Origin: Octopus vulgaris
Taxonomy: Eukaryota
Reading direction: 5' to 3'
Assembly: GCA_951406725.2 (NCBI GenBank)
Contig: OX597837.1
Location: 24,304,001-24,368,000, forward strand
DNA length: 64,000 nt
Below are positions 1-13,396 of this stretch, in pieces. The position numbers were made by a program, and so were the translations under genes. Every line of letters starts with the position of its first letter. Position 1 is the first letter of the stretch. Under the pieces are notes generated by a model that saw only the letters and a program-made list of their open reading frames with translations, did no database searches and had not been told where the DNA came from.

Positions 1-49
1 ACACATCATAGTCACACCTAGTTTATGAGTAGTTACAGTACATCTACCC

Positions 50-545
50 GGAGGCACAATGGCCCAGTGGTTAGGGCAGCGGGCTTGCAGTCGTAGGATC
101 ACGGTTTCGATTCCCAGACCAGGCATTGTGAGTGTTTATTGAACGAAAACACCTAAAGCTCAGCGGGGCTCCGGCAGGGTGGCGGTGGTGAACCCTGCTG
201 TACTCTTTCACCACAACTTTCTCTCACTCTTTCTTCCTGTTTCTGTTGTACCTGTATTTCAAAGGGCCAGCCTTGTCACGCTGAATCTTCCTGAGAACTA
301 CATTAAGGGTACACGTGTCTGGAGTGCTCAGCCACTTGCAGGTCAATAAATGAGCTGCGACGTCACTGGTGCCAAGCTGTATCGGCTTTTGCCTTTCCCT
401 TGGATAACATCAGTGGCGTGGAGAGGGGAGGCTGGTATGCATGGGCGACTGCTGGCCTTCCACAAACAACCTTGCCCAGACTTGTGCCTCAGGGGTGTAA
501 CTTTCTAAGTGCAATCCCATAGTCATTCACGACCAAAGTGGGGTC
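50..545 (+). mobile_element. tRNA-derived SINE, family A
   Basis: Head ggaggcacaatggcccagtggttagggc...ggtttcgattccc with Pol III A- and B-box-like motifs. Related copies at 15822-16208, 22049-22399 (-), 26130-26440, 50403-50711 and 55527-55869. Confidence 0.8.
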
Positions 546-994
546 ACAACAATCACAGTACATCTACTATATTTGCTACACCCTGTTTCACTTCTATAAA
601 GGAGCAAAACTTGTCTTAGATACAACTTATTAATATCTACAGAACATTTTCTACCATTATGATTCTTTGTTTCACCCCTACCTAAGAATAGTACATACCT
701 TAGACTCACTGAACATATTTATTGGAAGTTACAGTACAACCTCTCTGACACTGTTTTCTCATCTTTCAGGCGATAGCCTCACAACTAAACAGTAGTACCT
801 GGATCAATGTGGTACCTCCTCTGTCAATCAAGATATTTTTTTGATGACAAATACATGTGTAGTGGAATTACCCTGTGCCTTGGTCTCTGCATGCATGAGC
901 TACATAAATACCATTATTGAGTTACTGTTGACAAGTTCCAACCGCACTGGATCTCTTGTCATAGTGCGAGACTTATCCCTCGCCGTGCTATACT

Positions 995-1700
995 CATCAT
1001 CATCATCATTGTTTAACAACCGTTTTCCATGCTAGCATGGGTTGGATGATTTGACTGAGGAATTGTGAACCAGATGGTTGCACCAGGCTCCAATATGATC
1101 TGGCAGAGTTTCTACAGTTAGATGCCCTTCTTAACGCCAAACACTCCGAGAGTGTAGTGGGTGCTTTTACGTACCGCCGGCACAAAGGCCAGTCAGGCGG
1201 TACTGGCAACGGCCATGCTCAAATGGTGTTTTTTATATGCCACCTGCACAGGAGCCAGTGCAGCAGCACTGGCAATGACCTCGCTCGAATGTTTTCTCAC
1301 GTGCCAGTAAGGTGACGCTGGTAACGATCACACTCGAATGGTGCTTTTTATGTGCCACTGGCACGGAAGCAAGTTAGCTGCTCTGGCAACGATCATGCTC
1401 GTATGGTACTCTTAGCGCTCCACTAGCACGGATGCCAGTCATCAAATCTGATTTTGATTTCACTTTCCTCAACAGATCTTCGCAAGCAGAGTTTGGTGTC
1501 CAATAAAGGAAAGGTACGCATAAGTGGGCTGGTTACACCCCTGGCATAGACCACGGGTTATGGTCTCACTTGGCTTGCTGGGTCTTCTCAAGCACAACAT
1601 ATTTCCAAAGGTCTCAGTCACTAGTCATTGCCTTGGTGAGGCCTAATGTTCAAAGGTTGTGCTTCACCACTTCATCCCAGGTCTTCCTGGGTCTACTGAA
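995..1700 (-). mobile_element. RTE-clade LINE 3' fragment (ORF C-terminus, repeat-bearing 3' UTR, (GAT)n tail)
   Basis: Minus strand reads RPRKTWDEVVKH...; 3' end ccaacccatgctagcatggaaa...tgatgatga. Related copies at 9110-9785, 32405-32785, 51170-51935, 59713-60510 and 63625-64000. Confidence 0.8.
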
Positions 1701-1771
1701 TGATGTTATTAAAAGGAACTTTCATGTTGCTGGTTTTTCCATCACAACTGGAACCTGTGGGAAAGGTAGGC

Positions 1772-2395
1772 ATCTTTTATCTTTTACTTGTTTCACTCAC
1801 GGGACTGCAGCCATGCTGGGGCACTGCCTTGAAGAAGTTTTAGTTGGACGAATCAAGCCCGGTACATTTTTTTTAAAGCCTGGTACTTATTCCATCATTT
1901 TCTCTTGCCGAACTGTAATGTTACAGGAACATAAACACACCAACACCAGTTGTCAATCAGTGGTAGGGCACAAACACAAGCATTAAGAGTCACATATATA
2001 TATCTGAGGCGGCAAGCTGGCAGAAACGTTAGCACGCCGGGCGAAATGCTTAGCCGTATTTCGTCTGCTGCTACGTTCTGTGTTCAAATTCCGCCGAGGT
2101 CGACTTTGCCTTTTATCCTTTCGGGGTCGATAAATTAAGTACCAGTTACGCACTGGGGTCGATGTAATCGACTTAATTCGTTTGTCCCCTCTGTGTTTAG
2201 CCCTTTGTGGTTAATAAAGAAACATATATATATATCTGACAGGCTTCTTTCAGTTTCCATCTATCAAATCCACTCACAAGGCTTTGGTTGGCCCGAGATT
2301 ATAGTAGAAGAGACTTGGCCATGGTCTCATGCAATGGGACTGAACCTGGAACCATGCAATTGGGAAGTAAGCTTCTTACCAGACAAAGATAACTC
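1772..2395 (-). mobile_element. tRNA-derived SINE family B, interrupted by a Meta-domain-like SINE (2007-2224, +)
   Basis: Family B tail (ttttacttgtttca) and head pieces flank a ggcggcaagctggcagaaacgttagcacg... copy inserted in the internal TA tract. Confidence 0.7.
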
Positions 2396-2399
2396 ATAA

Positions 2400-2710
2400 C
2401 TATTTCTGAAGGGGAGCAAGTCATCCAACTGGGACAGGATGAGTTGTGACTCATTCTCCAGGGCCAACCTTTGTCATTTCAGCCTTAAACCCAAGAAATG
2501 CTGCCGAATATGCAGAGGAACAGAAGGTGAATAAGTACAAGCCACTAACAGACAGATTCTTTTACTTGATGGTTTCTGTTAGGATCTCTGGTGTCCTACA
2601 CTCCCTGACTACTGCTCTTCTCTGTCAAATTGGGATGAACACATTGAGGAAAAAACCCAATGAGGCAGAATGGTTAAAATGGATATTGCTGCCTGTTCAA
2701 GTACCTTGAT
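2400..2710 (+). mobile_element. Degenerate CRE-like (restriction-like endonuclease) non-LTR retrotransposon C-terminal relic
   Basis: ORF 2446-2709 reads AAEYAEEQKVNKYKPL...LLCQIG...ILLPVQ, resembling the AA..AE..K..KY..L...QR.S..VQ pattern of CRE-clade proteins. Confidence 0.45.
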
Positions 2711-2817
2711 TCAAGTAGCTTCACTGCTATAGCCAAGTATGAGATAGATCATCATCATTATCATCATTATCTAATGTCCGTTTTCCATGTTGGCATGGGT
2801 TGGACGGTTTGACAGGC

Positions 2818-3046
2818 AGCGAGCTGGCAGAAGCGTTAGCACGCCGGGCGAAATGCGTAACCATATTTCGTCTGCCGTTACGTTCTGAGTTCAAATTCCG
2901 CCGAGGTTGACTTTGCCTTTCATCCTTTCGGGGTCGATTAAATAAGTACCAGTTACACACTGGAGTCTGTGTAATCGACTTAATCTGTTTGTCTGTCCTT
3001 GTTTGTCCTCTCTGTGTTTAGCCCCTTGTGGGTAGTAAAGAAATAG
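2818..3046 (+). mobile_element. Meta-domain-like tRNA SINE (family M) inserted into an RTE tail
   Basis: Head gagctggcagaagcgttagc...gagttcaaattc, core gactttgcctttcatcctttcggggtcga, tail gccccttgtgggtagtaaagaaata. TSD ggtttgacagg on both sides. Confidence 0.85.
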
Positions 3047-3371
3047 GTTTGACAGGGGCTGACTTGGCAGAAGACTGCACCAGGCTTCACTGTCTCTTTT
3101 GGCAGGGTTTTTACAGCTGAATGCCCTTTCTAACACCAACCACCATACAAATTGGACTGAGAGCTTTTTACATGGTACCAGCACTGGTGTGGCCTGTTTT
3201 GGGCATGGTTTTTACAGCTGGATGCCCTTCCAAACACAAACCACTTCCCAGTCTGCACTGGATGCACCAGCACTGGTAGGGGTCATCAAGTAAGATGTCC
3301 ACATCAATTGTGTGAAAATGTATTTTAATATCTTCAAACCAGGATTTGGTTTAGAACAAGGGTCTGTCAGT

Positions 3372-4830
3372 CATCATCATCATCATCACCCAGTGTTTTA
3401 AATCCAGGTTTTGTCCCCATTAACAGGGGTGGCCAGATCTACCTCAATGCCATAGCAACCACCCTCACACCATCTCACCTGGTTTTGGGCATCCTCCTTT
3501 TTCAAAACCAACCTTTCCAATCTCCTCCTCCACCTTTTCCTCGGGTTACCTCGCTTTCATGCTTCATTTACCTCAAATGCAATCACCCTCCTCAGAACAT
3601 GCCCTTCATCCCTCCTCAACACATGCTCATACCACCTCACTCCATTTGCCCTTGCCAACCATTCTACCGATTCCTCCAACCCCAGCATTCCCATCAAATC
3701 CCCAGTCCTCCTCTTATTTCTTTACTACCCACAAGGGGCTTAACATAGAGGGGACAAAGAAGGACAGACAAAGGGATTAAGTCGATTACATCAACTCCAG
3801 TGCGTAACTGGTACTTAATTTATTGACCCCCAAAAGGATGAAAGGCAAAGTCGACCTCGGTGGAATTTGAACTCAGAACGTAACGGCAGACGAAATACTT
3901 ATTTCTTTACTACCCACAAGGGGCTAAACACAGAGGTGACAAACAAAGGGATTAAGTCGATTACATCGACCCTAGTGCGTAACTGGTACTTAATTTATCG
4001 ATCCCCGAAAGGACGAAAGGCAAAGTCGACCTTGGCGGAATTTGAACTCAGAACGTAACGGCAGACGAAATACCTATTTCTTTACTACCCACAAGGGGCT
4101 AAACACAGAGGGGACAAAGAAGGACAGACAAACGGATTAAGTCGATTACATCGACCACAGTGCGTAACTGGTACTTAATTTATCGACCCCTGAAAGGATG
4201 AAAGGCAAAGTCGACCTTGGCGGAATTTGAACTCAGAACGTAATGGCAGACGAAATACCTATTTCTTTACTACCCACAAGAGGCTAAATACAGAGGGGAC
4301 AAACAAGGACAGACAAAGGGATTAAGTCGATTACATCGACCCCAGTGCGTAACTGGTACTTAATTTATTGACCCCCGAAAGGATGAAAGGCAAAGTCGAC
4401 CTTGGCGGAATTTGAACTCAGAACGTAACGGCAGACGAAATACCTATTTCTTTACTACCCACAAGGGGCTAAACACTGAGGGGACAAACAAGGACAGACA
4501 AAGGGATTAAGTCGATTACATCGACCCCAGTGCGTAACTGGTACTTAATTTTTCGATCCCTGAAAGGATGAAAGGCAAAGTCGACCTCGGCGGAATTTGA
4601 ACTCAGAACGTAACGGCAGACGAAATACTGCTAAGCATTTCACCCGGCATGCCGCCTTCTTATCCTCCAGTTCAATCCTCCTCTTATGAAACAGCTTTGT
4701 AGGCAACTGTAGATAACTCCAGATGACCCACGGTCGGGCATGGATTTAACTACAGCATCACCCCACACATTTCTCTCACCATTGCCAACCACAATATTTG
4801 CATCGCATCTTGTTGTACAGTTGAGTGACG
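3372..4830 (-). mobile_element. RTE LINE 3' fragment interrupted by the SINE array at 3713-4655
   Basis: Minus strand reads GMLGLEESVEWLARANGVRWYEHVLRRDEGHVLRR...RGNPRKRW, followed by a (GAT)n tail at 3372-3388. Confidence 0.7.
3713..4655 (-). repeat. Tandem array of five ~180 bp family M SINE bodies with one partial head
   Basis: Unit tatttctttactacccacaagggg...gcagacgaaatac repeats five times. tcctcctcttat flanks the array on both sides. Confidence 0.9.
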
Positions 4831-5296
4831 TGTCTAATGAAAGTGACAGACTTACTAAGCAAACTGGAAGTATTTGGTTAATTTTGCCTTCCCCTATGCC
4901 ATTATCTTGTTTTGATAGTGGGAGGTGATTTGAGGGTGATTTCACTAATGTTTCTAGCAAATCCAGATGATTTAATTGTAGCCAGAGTTAATAAAATAGA
5001 TTAAACCAGAACAATAAATCCCTTACCACATGCATTATACCTACTTCTTCCCCGTCCCCCATAGGGCGGCAACAGACAACCCAACCACGCCATCTCTCTC
5101 TTATACCTCCATCAGGCGACTGTATCAACCCTCATAACATTTTTATGTTGTGGAATTTTCAGAAAATTTTTGCTAATTTGTGTTCTCCGCACGGGAATTC
5201 ATACGATTATAATAAAATATTTGTGTGTGTGTGATTTAAGGGTGATTTAGCTGTTATTTTTAGCACATCTCACGATCACCTGATGCCTATGATACC

Positions 5297-5687
5297 TATT
5301 TACTACCCACAAGGGGCTAAACAAGGACAGACATAGGTATTAAGTCGATTACATCTACCCCAGGGCGTAACTGGTACTTAATTTATCGACCCCGAAAGGA
5401 TGAAAGGTAAAGTCGACCACGGCGGAATTTGAACTCACAACGTAATGGCAGACGAAATACCTATTTCTTAATTACCCACAAGGGGCTAAACATAGAGGGG
5501 ACAAACAAGGACAGACATAGGTATTATGTCGATTACACCGACCCCAGTGCGTAACTGGTACTTAATTTATCGACCCCGAAAGGATGAAAGGTAAAGTCGA
5601 CCACGGCGGAATTTGAACTCACAACGTAACGGCAGACGAAATACCGCTAAGCATTTCGCCCGACGTGCTAACGATTCTGCCAGCTCG
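5297..5687 (-). mobile_element. Family M SINE dimer (one head, two bodies)
   Basis: Same internal junction gacgaaatacctatttc at ~5451-5467. TSD-like gatgcctNNgatacct on both sides. Confidence 0.85.
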
Positions 5688-5986
5688 ATGCCTCCGATAC
5701 CTTCTTTCGTTTCTTTGCCACCCTGGTATGTTTTGATGTTTCTCGATATTTTTTTTCTCTCCACAAACACTATAAATGGAATGACGATGATGATGCACTC
5801 AAGGGCGGTCCATTGCCGGGATCTCGGCAAAAAATTCGGACTGTCCGTATTGTAAAACTCTGATTTAAAAAAGAAATTCGAAAAAGAGTGGAACTTTCAC
5901 TGATTTATGGGGAAGTCGGAAGGGGTTTAAATTTTTTTTCTTCTTTTTTAATAATCGTATGAATTCCCATGTGTAGAACATAAATG

Positions 5987-6292
5987 CGCGATTCTTCGGT
6001 ATAGGTACCGTAAGTGGCTCCCGGTACCTATACCGAAGGATCGCCTATTTACATTTCTGAAGATAACAGAAACCCTTTTCTCCTAACCCTAACCCAAACC
6101 CTATATATATATATAGGGAAGTGGCTCCCGGTACTTACGGTACCTATACCGAAGGATCACCCATTTACATTTCTGAAGATTAGAGAAACCCTTTTCTCCC
6201 ACCCCTAACCCTAACCCCCATATATATATATTTAAAAAAACACTTTCTTGAAATGTATTCGGTACTTCCGGTACCTATACCGAAGTTACGCC
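5987..6292. mobile_element. MITE with GG-type TIRs, 8-bp TSD and internal (CCCTAA)n (Merlin-like)
   Basis: TIRs gcgattcttcggtataggtaccg / cggtacctataccgaagttacgcc. TSD CATAAATG at 5979-5986 and 6293-6300. Telomere-type repeats at ~6082 and ~6203. Confidence 0.75.
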
Positions 6293-6936
6293 CATAAATG
6301 CGCAAAAGTTTTCTGAAAATTCCGAAAAATGAAGAGGGTTTATTATGGGGTGCTTAAACCAGAATTCCGCCACGTTCTGTACTTAGCTGGTGGTGGTCAT
6401 TATTTACTATAAGTTTATTCCGAAAAGGTTTCTGAATAATCTCCGCAAGATTTGTTCGTGAAGCAATATGATTCAAAGAAATATGACCCGTTCGAAGCCA
6501 ACGAAGTCATCGTTTATAAACGTTGTTCCCTGCTTCATACGTAAGATGTTGTTTATAGTTTGTGGATCTTCGAACACGTTTTTGGTGTTAAAAGAAAATA
6601 GAAAAAGAGACAAAATACCTTTTAAGAACAGGTGGTCAACATGGCTATTTGCCAGCCTTAATCCCTTTCGTTAAATATTCCATAATATTACGGAGACATT
6701 GAGAATTATAGTAAAATAAACAGACATCAAGTTCGTTGCTTTCTTTTTCAAACGTCGTGTGAAACACTTTCAATGGTTGAAATCTACATTTGCGCGCGCA
6801 ACTTGTCACGGCCGGGGTGTGGAGGCGGTTTCACAGCTGATTGTCAGACTTGCTAGAAATAACAACCAAATTACTATTTTTTTTTTTAATTATGCACAAG
6901 AAAGAACACATTAGATAGTATACATTTAGATACATA

Positions 6937-7321
6937 CTAGCAGTATCGCCCGGCGTTGCTCGGGTTTGTAAGGGAAATAACTATATGAGCATTTTTAGAG
7001 AGTTATAGCAAAACAATGCATTAAAAATGGAAAAAAAATTATGGTAAATTTTTTTTAAATCGTTGACTCATCGTAGACATTTTTAGAGAGTTACTTCCCT
7101 TATATAATAGAGAAAAAATGCATTAAAATGGTAAAAATGATGGTAAATTATTTTTAAAATCATAGACTCATCGTAGACGCGCGCTAATACCCAGAAGGGC
7201 TCGATATGAATCACGACTATAAGATACCCGGTTTTGGTTAAACTGCACCGCAAAATGTGGGAGTAGTTAAGAATCTAAATCGTAGGAGACAGACACACAA
7301 CTTCACTTTTATATATAAAGA
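6937..7321 (-). mobile_element. Non-autonomous Helitron
   Basis: Minus strand 5' TCTTTATATATAAAAG; 3' hairpin CCCGAGCAACGCCGGG followed by CTAG; inserted between A and T with no TSD. Confidence 0.85.
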
Positions 7322-7486
7322 TATACACTAAGGCTGAAAAGTGGAAAAAAAGTGAAACAGTCACGATTAGAATGTTTGGGATCATTGGCTTGCTCGAACA
7401 AGGTTGAGAACTCTTCCTGCTAGAAATAGCAGTCACATCTCGTTCGAATCACACATTATTGTCTTAAAACAGACGAATGCATAGAG

Positions 7487-8093
7487 CAGTGGTTCCCAAA
7501 CTTTTTAGAGTCGCGACCCCACTATTTATCACACCAGTTTATGACGACCCACTCAACTCTACTGAGTATCTCGATAGACAGCAGTTAATCAAAGCTAATA
7601 CTCTTTACTCTTTTACTTGTTTCAGTCATTTGACTGCGGCCATGCTGGAGCACCGCCTTTAGTCGAGCGAATCGACCCCGGGACTTATTCTTTGTAAGCC
7701 CAGTACTTATTCTATCGGTCTCTTTTGCCGAACCGCTAAGTGACGGGGACGTAAACACACCAGCATCGGTTGTCAAGCAATGCTGAGGGGACAAACACAG
7801 ACACACAAACACACACACATACACATATATATACATATATACGACAGGCTTCTTTCAGTTCCCGTCTACCAAATCCACTCACAAGGCATTGGTCGGCCCA
7901 GGGCTATAGCAGAAGACACTTGCCCAAGATGCCACGCAGTGGGACTGAACCCGGAACCATGTGGTTGGTTAGCAAGCTACTTACCACACAGCTACTACTG
8001 CGCCTACTGCGTAATTTTATAACTTTTTGCGACCCACTAGGATTCCGTTCGCGACCCACAGATGGGTCGCGACTCATAGTTTGGGACCCACTG
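7487..8093. mobile_element. hAT-like MITE with a nested family B SINE (7599-8005, -)
   Basis: TIRs cagtggttcccaaact / agtttgggacccactg. Perfect 8-bp TSD GCATAGAG at 7479-7486 and 8094-8101. Confidence 0.85.
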
Positions 8094-8399
8094 GCATAGA
8101 GGATAACGTAATGCCTGATGTAAAAAGACAGTCATGGACGGAACGCCTTTAATCATAGGTTTACTCGGTTAGGACTGATCTGGTGTTAATTCTTTTAACT
8201 TTTACTTGTTTCAGTCATTAGACTGCGGCCATGCTGGAGCATCGCCTTGAAGAATTTTTAATACTTATTTTTTTTTTTTTCGTTAAGTCTGGTACTTATT
8301 ATATCATCCCCTTTTGCCGAAGCGCTAGCAACGGGGGACGTAAACACACAAACACTGGTTGTCAAGAGGTGGTGAAGGACAAATACAGATACGAAAACA

Positions 8400-8812
<413 letters not shown>

Positions 8813-11034
8813 ATATATATATTCATTTATGCATAAGGTAAGAAGAAAATGGAAAGATCGACAGATAAATATCAATTTATTAACATAATGAGAATTTCAA
8901 ATTACCTACAATTGTTTCCATATTCAATTCATTCAAATTACAAATAATAATTTCTTCCTATCTTATACATAAATGAAAATATACCCATTTGTATCGATGA
9001 AAAACTAACATTCTTTTATTATTTCTCCAATACATAGGATTAACTGGTGAAACTTGGATGCTAACATCCCTTTAAAAGGTATCTATATCCTCACAATAAC
9101 AAGTATAATCATCATCATAATCATCATCATCGTTAAACGTCCGTTTTCCATGCTGGCATGGGTGGCACGGTTTGACTGAGGGCTAGCGAGCCAGAAGGCT
9201 GCACCAGTCTCCATTCTGATCAAGTAACGTTTCTACAGCTTGATGCCCTTTCTAATGCCAACCACTCCAAGAGTGTAGTGCGTGCTTTTATATGCCACCA
9301 GCATGAGGGCGAGTGAGGCGGTACTGGCATCGGCCATGCTCAAATGGTGCTTTTTACATGCCACCTGCACAGGAGCCAGTCTGGCAGCACTGGCAATGAC
9401 CATGCTCGAATGGTGCGTTTTTTTTTTTTGTGCCACCAGCACAGGAGCCAGTCAGCAGCCCTGGCAATGATCACACTCGAATGGTGCTTTTAACGTTCCA
9501 CTGGCAAGGGTGTCAATCAGGCGGTACTGTCATCAGCCATGACAGTGATTTCACTTGCCTCAACAGGTCTTTGCAAGCATAGTTTATTGTCCAATGATTG
9601 AAGGGTACTCTTCAATGCACTGCTTATGGTCTCATTTGGCTTGCCAGGTCTTCTCAAGCACAGCATATCTCCAAAGGTCTTGGTCACTTGTCATTGCCTT
9701 GGTGAGGCCCAATGTTCGAAGGTTGTGCTTCACCACCTCATCCCAGGTCTTCCTGGGTCTACCTCTTCCACAGGTTCCCTCAACACACACACACACACAC
9801 ACACACCTATTGCACATTCCTGTGTAAAGCTGTTCAGATTCTCTCTCACCTGTTATCTAAGATTTGGCGTCACATTTACCTTTCAATGTTCATCTTTTCT
9901 TGTAAACTTTGAAAACTATATCAAAGTTTTCGTATTCATTCTTTATTTGCCATTTCTCTGTAGAATCCCTTACCCTCAGTAGCAGAGCATGCTACATTTG
10001 TATTCTGATTTTATTTGTTGTTTGATAACCAGCTCTCTGTTCACAGAACAATGTTGCAAATCTCTGCCTTAACTTTCAAAACGAAAAAAAAATCCATGAA
10101 CAAAAAGAACCCAGATTTTTTAAATCTCAATTCATAGTATAACAGGAACACTTGTTGTGTGTGCAGTTTATGCAGGAACTGAAAAGGAAGTGCAAAGGCC
10201 AAGTGTTTCTGGCCCTGTGGTCATAGATAATTATTGAGGATAAAGTGAATACAGCAAGCTTGCTGTGTTTGAACCTTTTCTGCGTACACTGTGACCAAGG
10301 GGAGATCATTTAGATGGACGATGATAAACAGCTGAAAGAAAATAGTGCAGAAAGCATTGTCTGTGTTTTTTTTTATTGAAAATAGCTGAAAGACCATCTC
10401 CAGGTGGTTTTTCTGCTAGTTGTTAACCTTTTTGTTACCATATTTCTGTTAACATATGCTGCCCAGTATTTATTTTTTATTTTCTAAGCCTGATATTTAT
10501 TCTATTAATCTGATTTGCTGAACCACTATGTTACAGGGATGCAAACACACCATCCCTGGTTGTCAAGCAGTGGTGGGGAACAAAAACAAACACAAAGCCA
10601 CACACGCACACACATACACACATATATATACATACATATACACAACAGGTTCCTTTCAGCTTCCGTCTACCAAATCAACTCGCAAAGCTTTTGTCAGCCT
10701 GAGGCTATAGAAGAACACACTGGCCCAAGATGCCATGCATTCAAACTGAACCCGGAATCATGTGGTTTGGAAGCAAGCTTCTTACCACACAACCACACCT
10801 GCATCTACAATGGTTATTTTTTAAAACATTGAGTACAACAATCAAATACTTTAGCTGAAAGAAAATAAGGTTAGATTTTATTTGGTACAGTTGATGAAAG
10901 GAAATTAAAACCACTTTTCTTATTCAGTTCTCAATTTCTTCAACAACATCCAACAAATATGAAAGAACACTGGAATCAACATAATTTGGCTGATACTGAA
11001 ATAAATTTATAATTTGGAGAAATATTCTTACTGA

Positions 11035-11449
11035 TAGGCGCAGGAGTGGCTGTGTGGTAAGTAGCTTGCTTACCAACCACATGGTTCCAGGTTCAGTCCC
11101 ACTGCGTGGCACCTTGGGCAAGTGTCTTCTGCTATAGCCTCGGGCCGACCAATGCCTTGTGAGTGGATTTGGTAGACGGAAACTGAAAGAAGCCTGTTGT
11201 ATATAAGTATATATATATATGTATGTGTGTGTATATGTTTGTGTGTCTGTGTTTGTCCCACCAACATCGCTTGACAACCCATGCTGGTGTGTTTACATCC
11301 CTGTAACTTAGCGGTTCAGCAAAAGAGACCGATAGAATAAGTACTGGGCTTACAAAGAATAAGTCCCAGGGTCGATTTGCTCGACTAAAGGTGGTGCTCC
11401 AGCATGGCCGCAGTCAAATGACTGAAACAAGTAAAAGAGAGTAAAGAGA
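11035..11449 (+). mobile_element. tRNA-derived SINE family B, full length, internal (TA)/(TG) microsatellite
   Basis: Head aggcgcaggagtggctgtgtggtaag...ggttcagtccc, tail gaaacaagtaaaagag. Other copies at 10460-10802, 14757-15178, 30456-30859, 51936-52353, 53955-54172 and 62406-62828. Confidence 0.85.
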
Positions 11450-12239
11450 AATATGTCAGTAGAAGATATCATTTCAAATATTTAAGCAAACTTTATATTT
11501 CCAGAAGAAATATAGAGATATCAAAAATGCTATCTTGCAGCAAGATAACTATGTTGCAGTGAATAAAAATTAGTTTTTTGATTGAATCATGTTGTTGAAA
11601 TTTCTAATAATAAAAGAACCTTGTAAAACACATTTTGATTTTTTTTAAATATATTAAAATTGGAATTTATAAAAATTTTCTAGACAGTGTAAACTTTAAT
11701 AATTGTTTTCTTTTCGTACTTCAAATTAGTTAATAGGCAGCTTTCTTTATTATAGCGTCAGGAAAATATGGTAAGCGGTGTTAATGAGTCTAGTCAGCAT
11801 AGTCTGTGTGTCAAATTTGAATGCATATGAAAAGTGAAGTAATACAGTGTGAACAGGCACCAGTTGCAATATCCAACAGACACAGCATTGGGAATGAGAG
11901 CTTCTGGTTGACAGAGATCTGGAAATAATCGCTGAATATACAGGTACAAGGGTACATGTGTGGTCTTGAATATATGTATGCATATATGTTGCAACATTGT
12001 TTAAGCCAGAGGAAAATGTAGAGAAAGTTCTGTGCCTGAAGAAAAAACATTCATGTGAAATACAGGTAGGAAAAAAATTCAGGAAAAGGCAAGAAGAAAA
12101 TGTGATGTGAAGGCTGAAGACGCTCGACCTTTATTCTCTAGAAAAACGACAACGCAATGATGTATATTATGCAAACAGGTACGCAAACCTTTGCAAAAGT
12201 CATAGAGAACTATCTTGGAGTATTATTGCTATCTTCAGT

Positions 12240-12618
12240 CTTTTAAAATAATTTCCACGTAACTAAACACTTTTAAACTTCGTATACTGGTAGAATGTGT
12301 TTATAAAACATCTTTTTCTCTTGGCTTTATTGAGAAAATTCTATAGTTTGTAACATATTTTTTTTCTTCAATTTCTGCAATGTCGACCAATCAATGACGT
12401 CTATTGAGGTGAAAACATTCTGTGCCGTATGAATATGTCCCTCGTTTAAGAAACAGATTGGGTTTATTTACATTTCTGAAGAAAAAAGATACCCTTCCCC
12501 CCATCCCTAACCCTAAAACAAATTGAAATGCAATAGATCGATAATAGGGTCATAATTATGGATGACAATTTCATATGACACCACTAGAAAAAACTGCTGT
12601 TCAAACAGAAAAGATCCT
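12240..12618. mobile_element. Truncated copy of the (CCCTAA)-containing MITE seen at 54774-55200
   Basis: Near-identical internal sequence and right TIR aaaaaactgctgttcaaacagaaaagatcc. Confidence 0.75.
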
Positions 12619-13396
12619 AGATAACATCTTTTGTAAACAATATAACACTGTATATACGTGTTTGTCCATCTTTTATCTTTTTATTACATCCTCGAGCTAT
12701 ACTATTTTTATTGCCAACTGTTGTATTGTGGAATTATTTTTGCCCTGATTAGGGAGCTGGATTTTGGGAGTTTTTGACCTTTCCAAGAATTAATTTAATG
12801 TTCATCTATAGTACACTTATACTAGCATCTTCTCACCCTTCTGTTAAAACAAAATAATTCTAAATATCCATTTTGAAGATATCATATTGGACATTCTCAG
12901 TGAAATCAATGAGATTCATGGATTCACTACTCTACAACATACACAATATAATTTAAACTTCAATAATTCGAAAAAATTTCAGAATTGATTACTTAAATAG
13001 TTGATCTAAGGGAGATAATCAACAAAGTTATGTCCCTTAGTATCACCGTCTATACTCGTGTTTCTTATTTTATTCCTATTTGATTCCTATTTTACATAAA
13101 TGGACCCTCCCAGCCATTCGATGTTTAAAAAAAAAATCATATTGTAGTTTTATAATTAAATATTAAGAATTTTATTTTTTTTAAATTGTTAAAATGTACT
13201 GTGTATTGTAAAAGTATAAGCAATTTATTGCAGATAAATTTTAACAACAAAATCTTATATGGGCCCTGGTTGAAAACCACTGACCTACACTCGTACACAG
13301 CTGGAAGTTCACATTACACTGTCATGCATAGTAGAGAGAGAATTCTGATGTCCATCATACTTTGCTATGGACGTGAGCCGCTCTCCAGCTATCTAG

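Noticed and set aside
3713-4655. CRISPR-like regular array
   Set aside because: Units are ~180 bp SINE bodies with no unique spacers; eukaryotic context and no cas genes.
6082-6218. True telomere or chromosome fusion site
   Set aside because: Only 2-3 repeat units, inside a TIR- and TSD-bounded MITE.
11756-11770. 15-nt micro-exon-like sequence (tatag|cgtcaggaaaatatg|gtaagc)
   Set aside because: No partner exons could be linked, and such matches arise by chance in AT-rich DNA.
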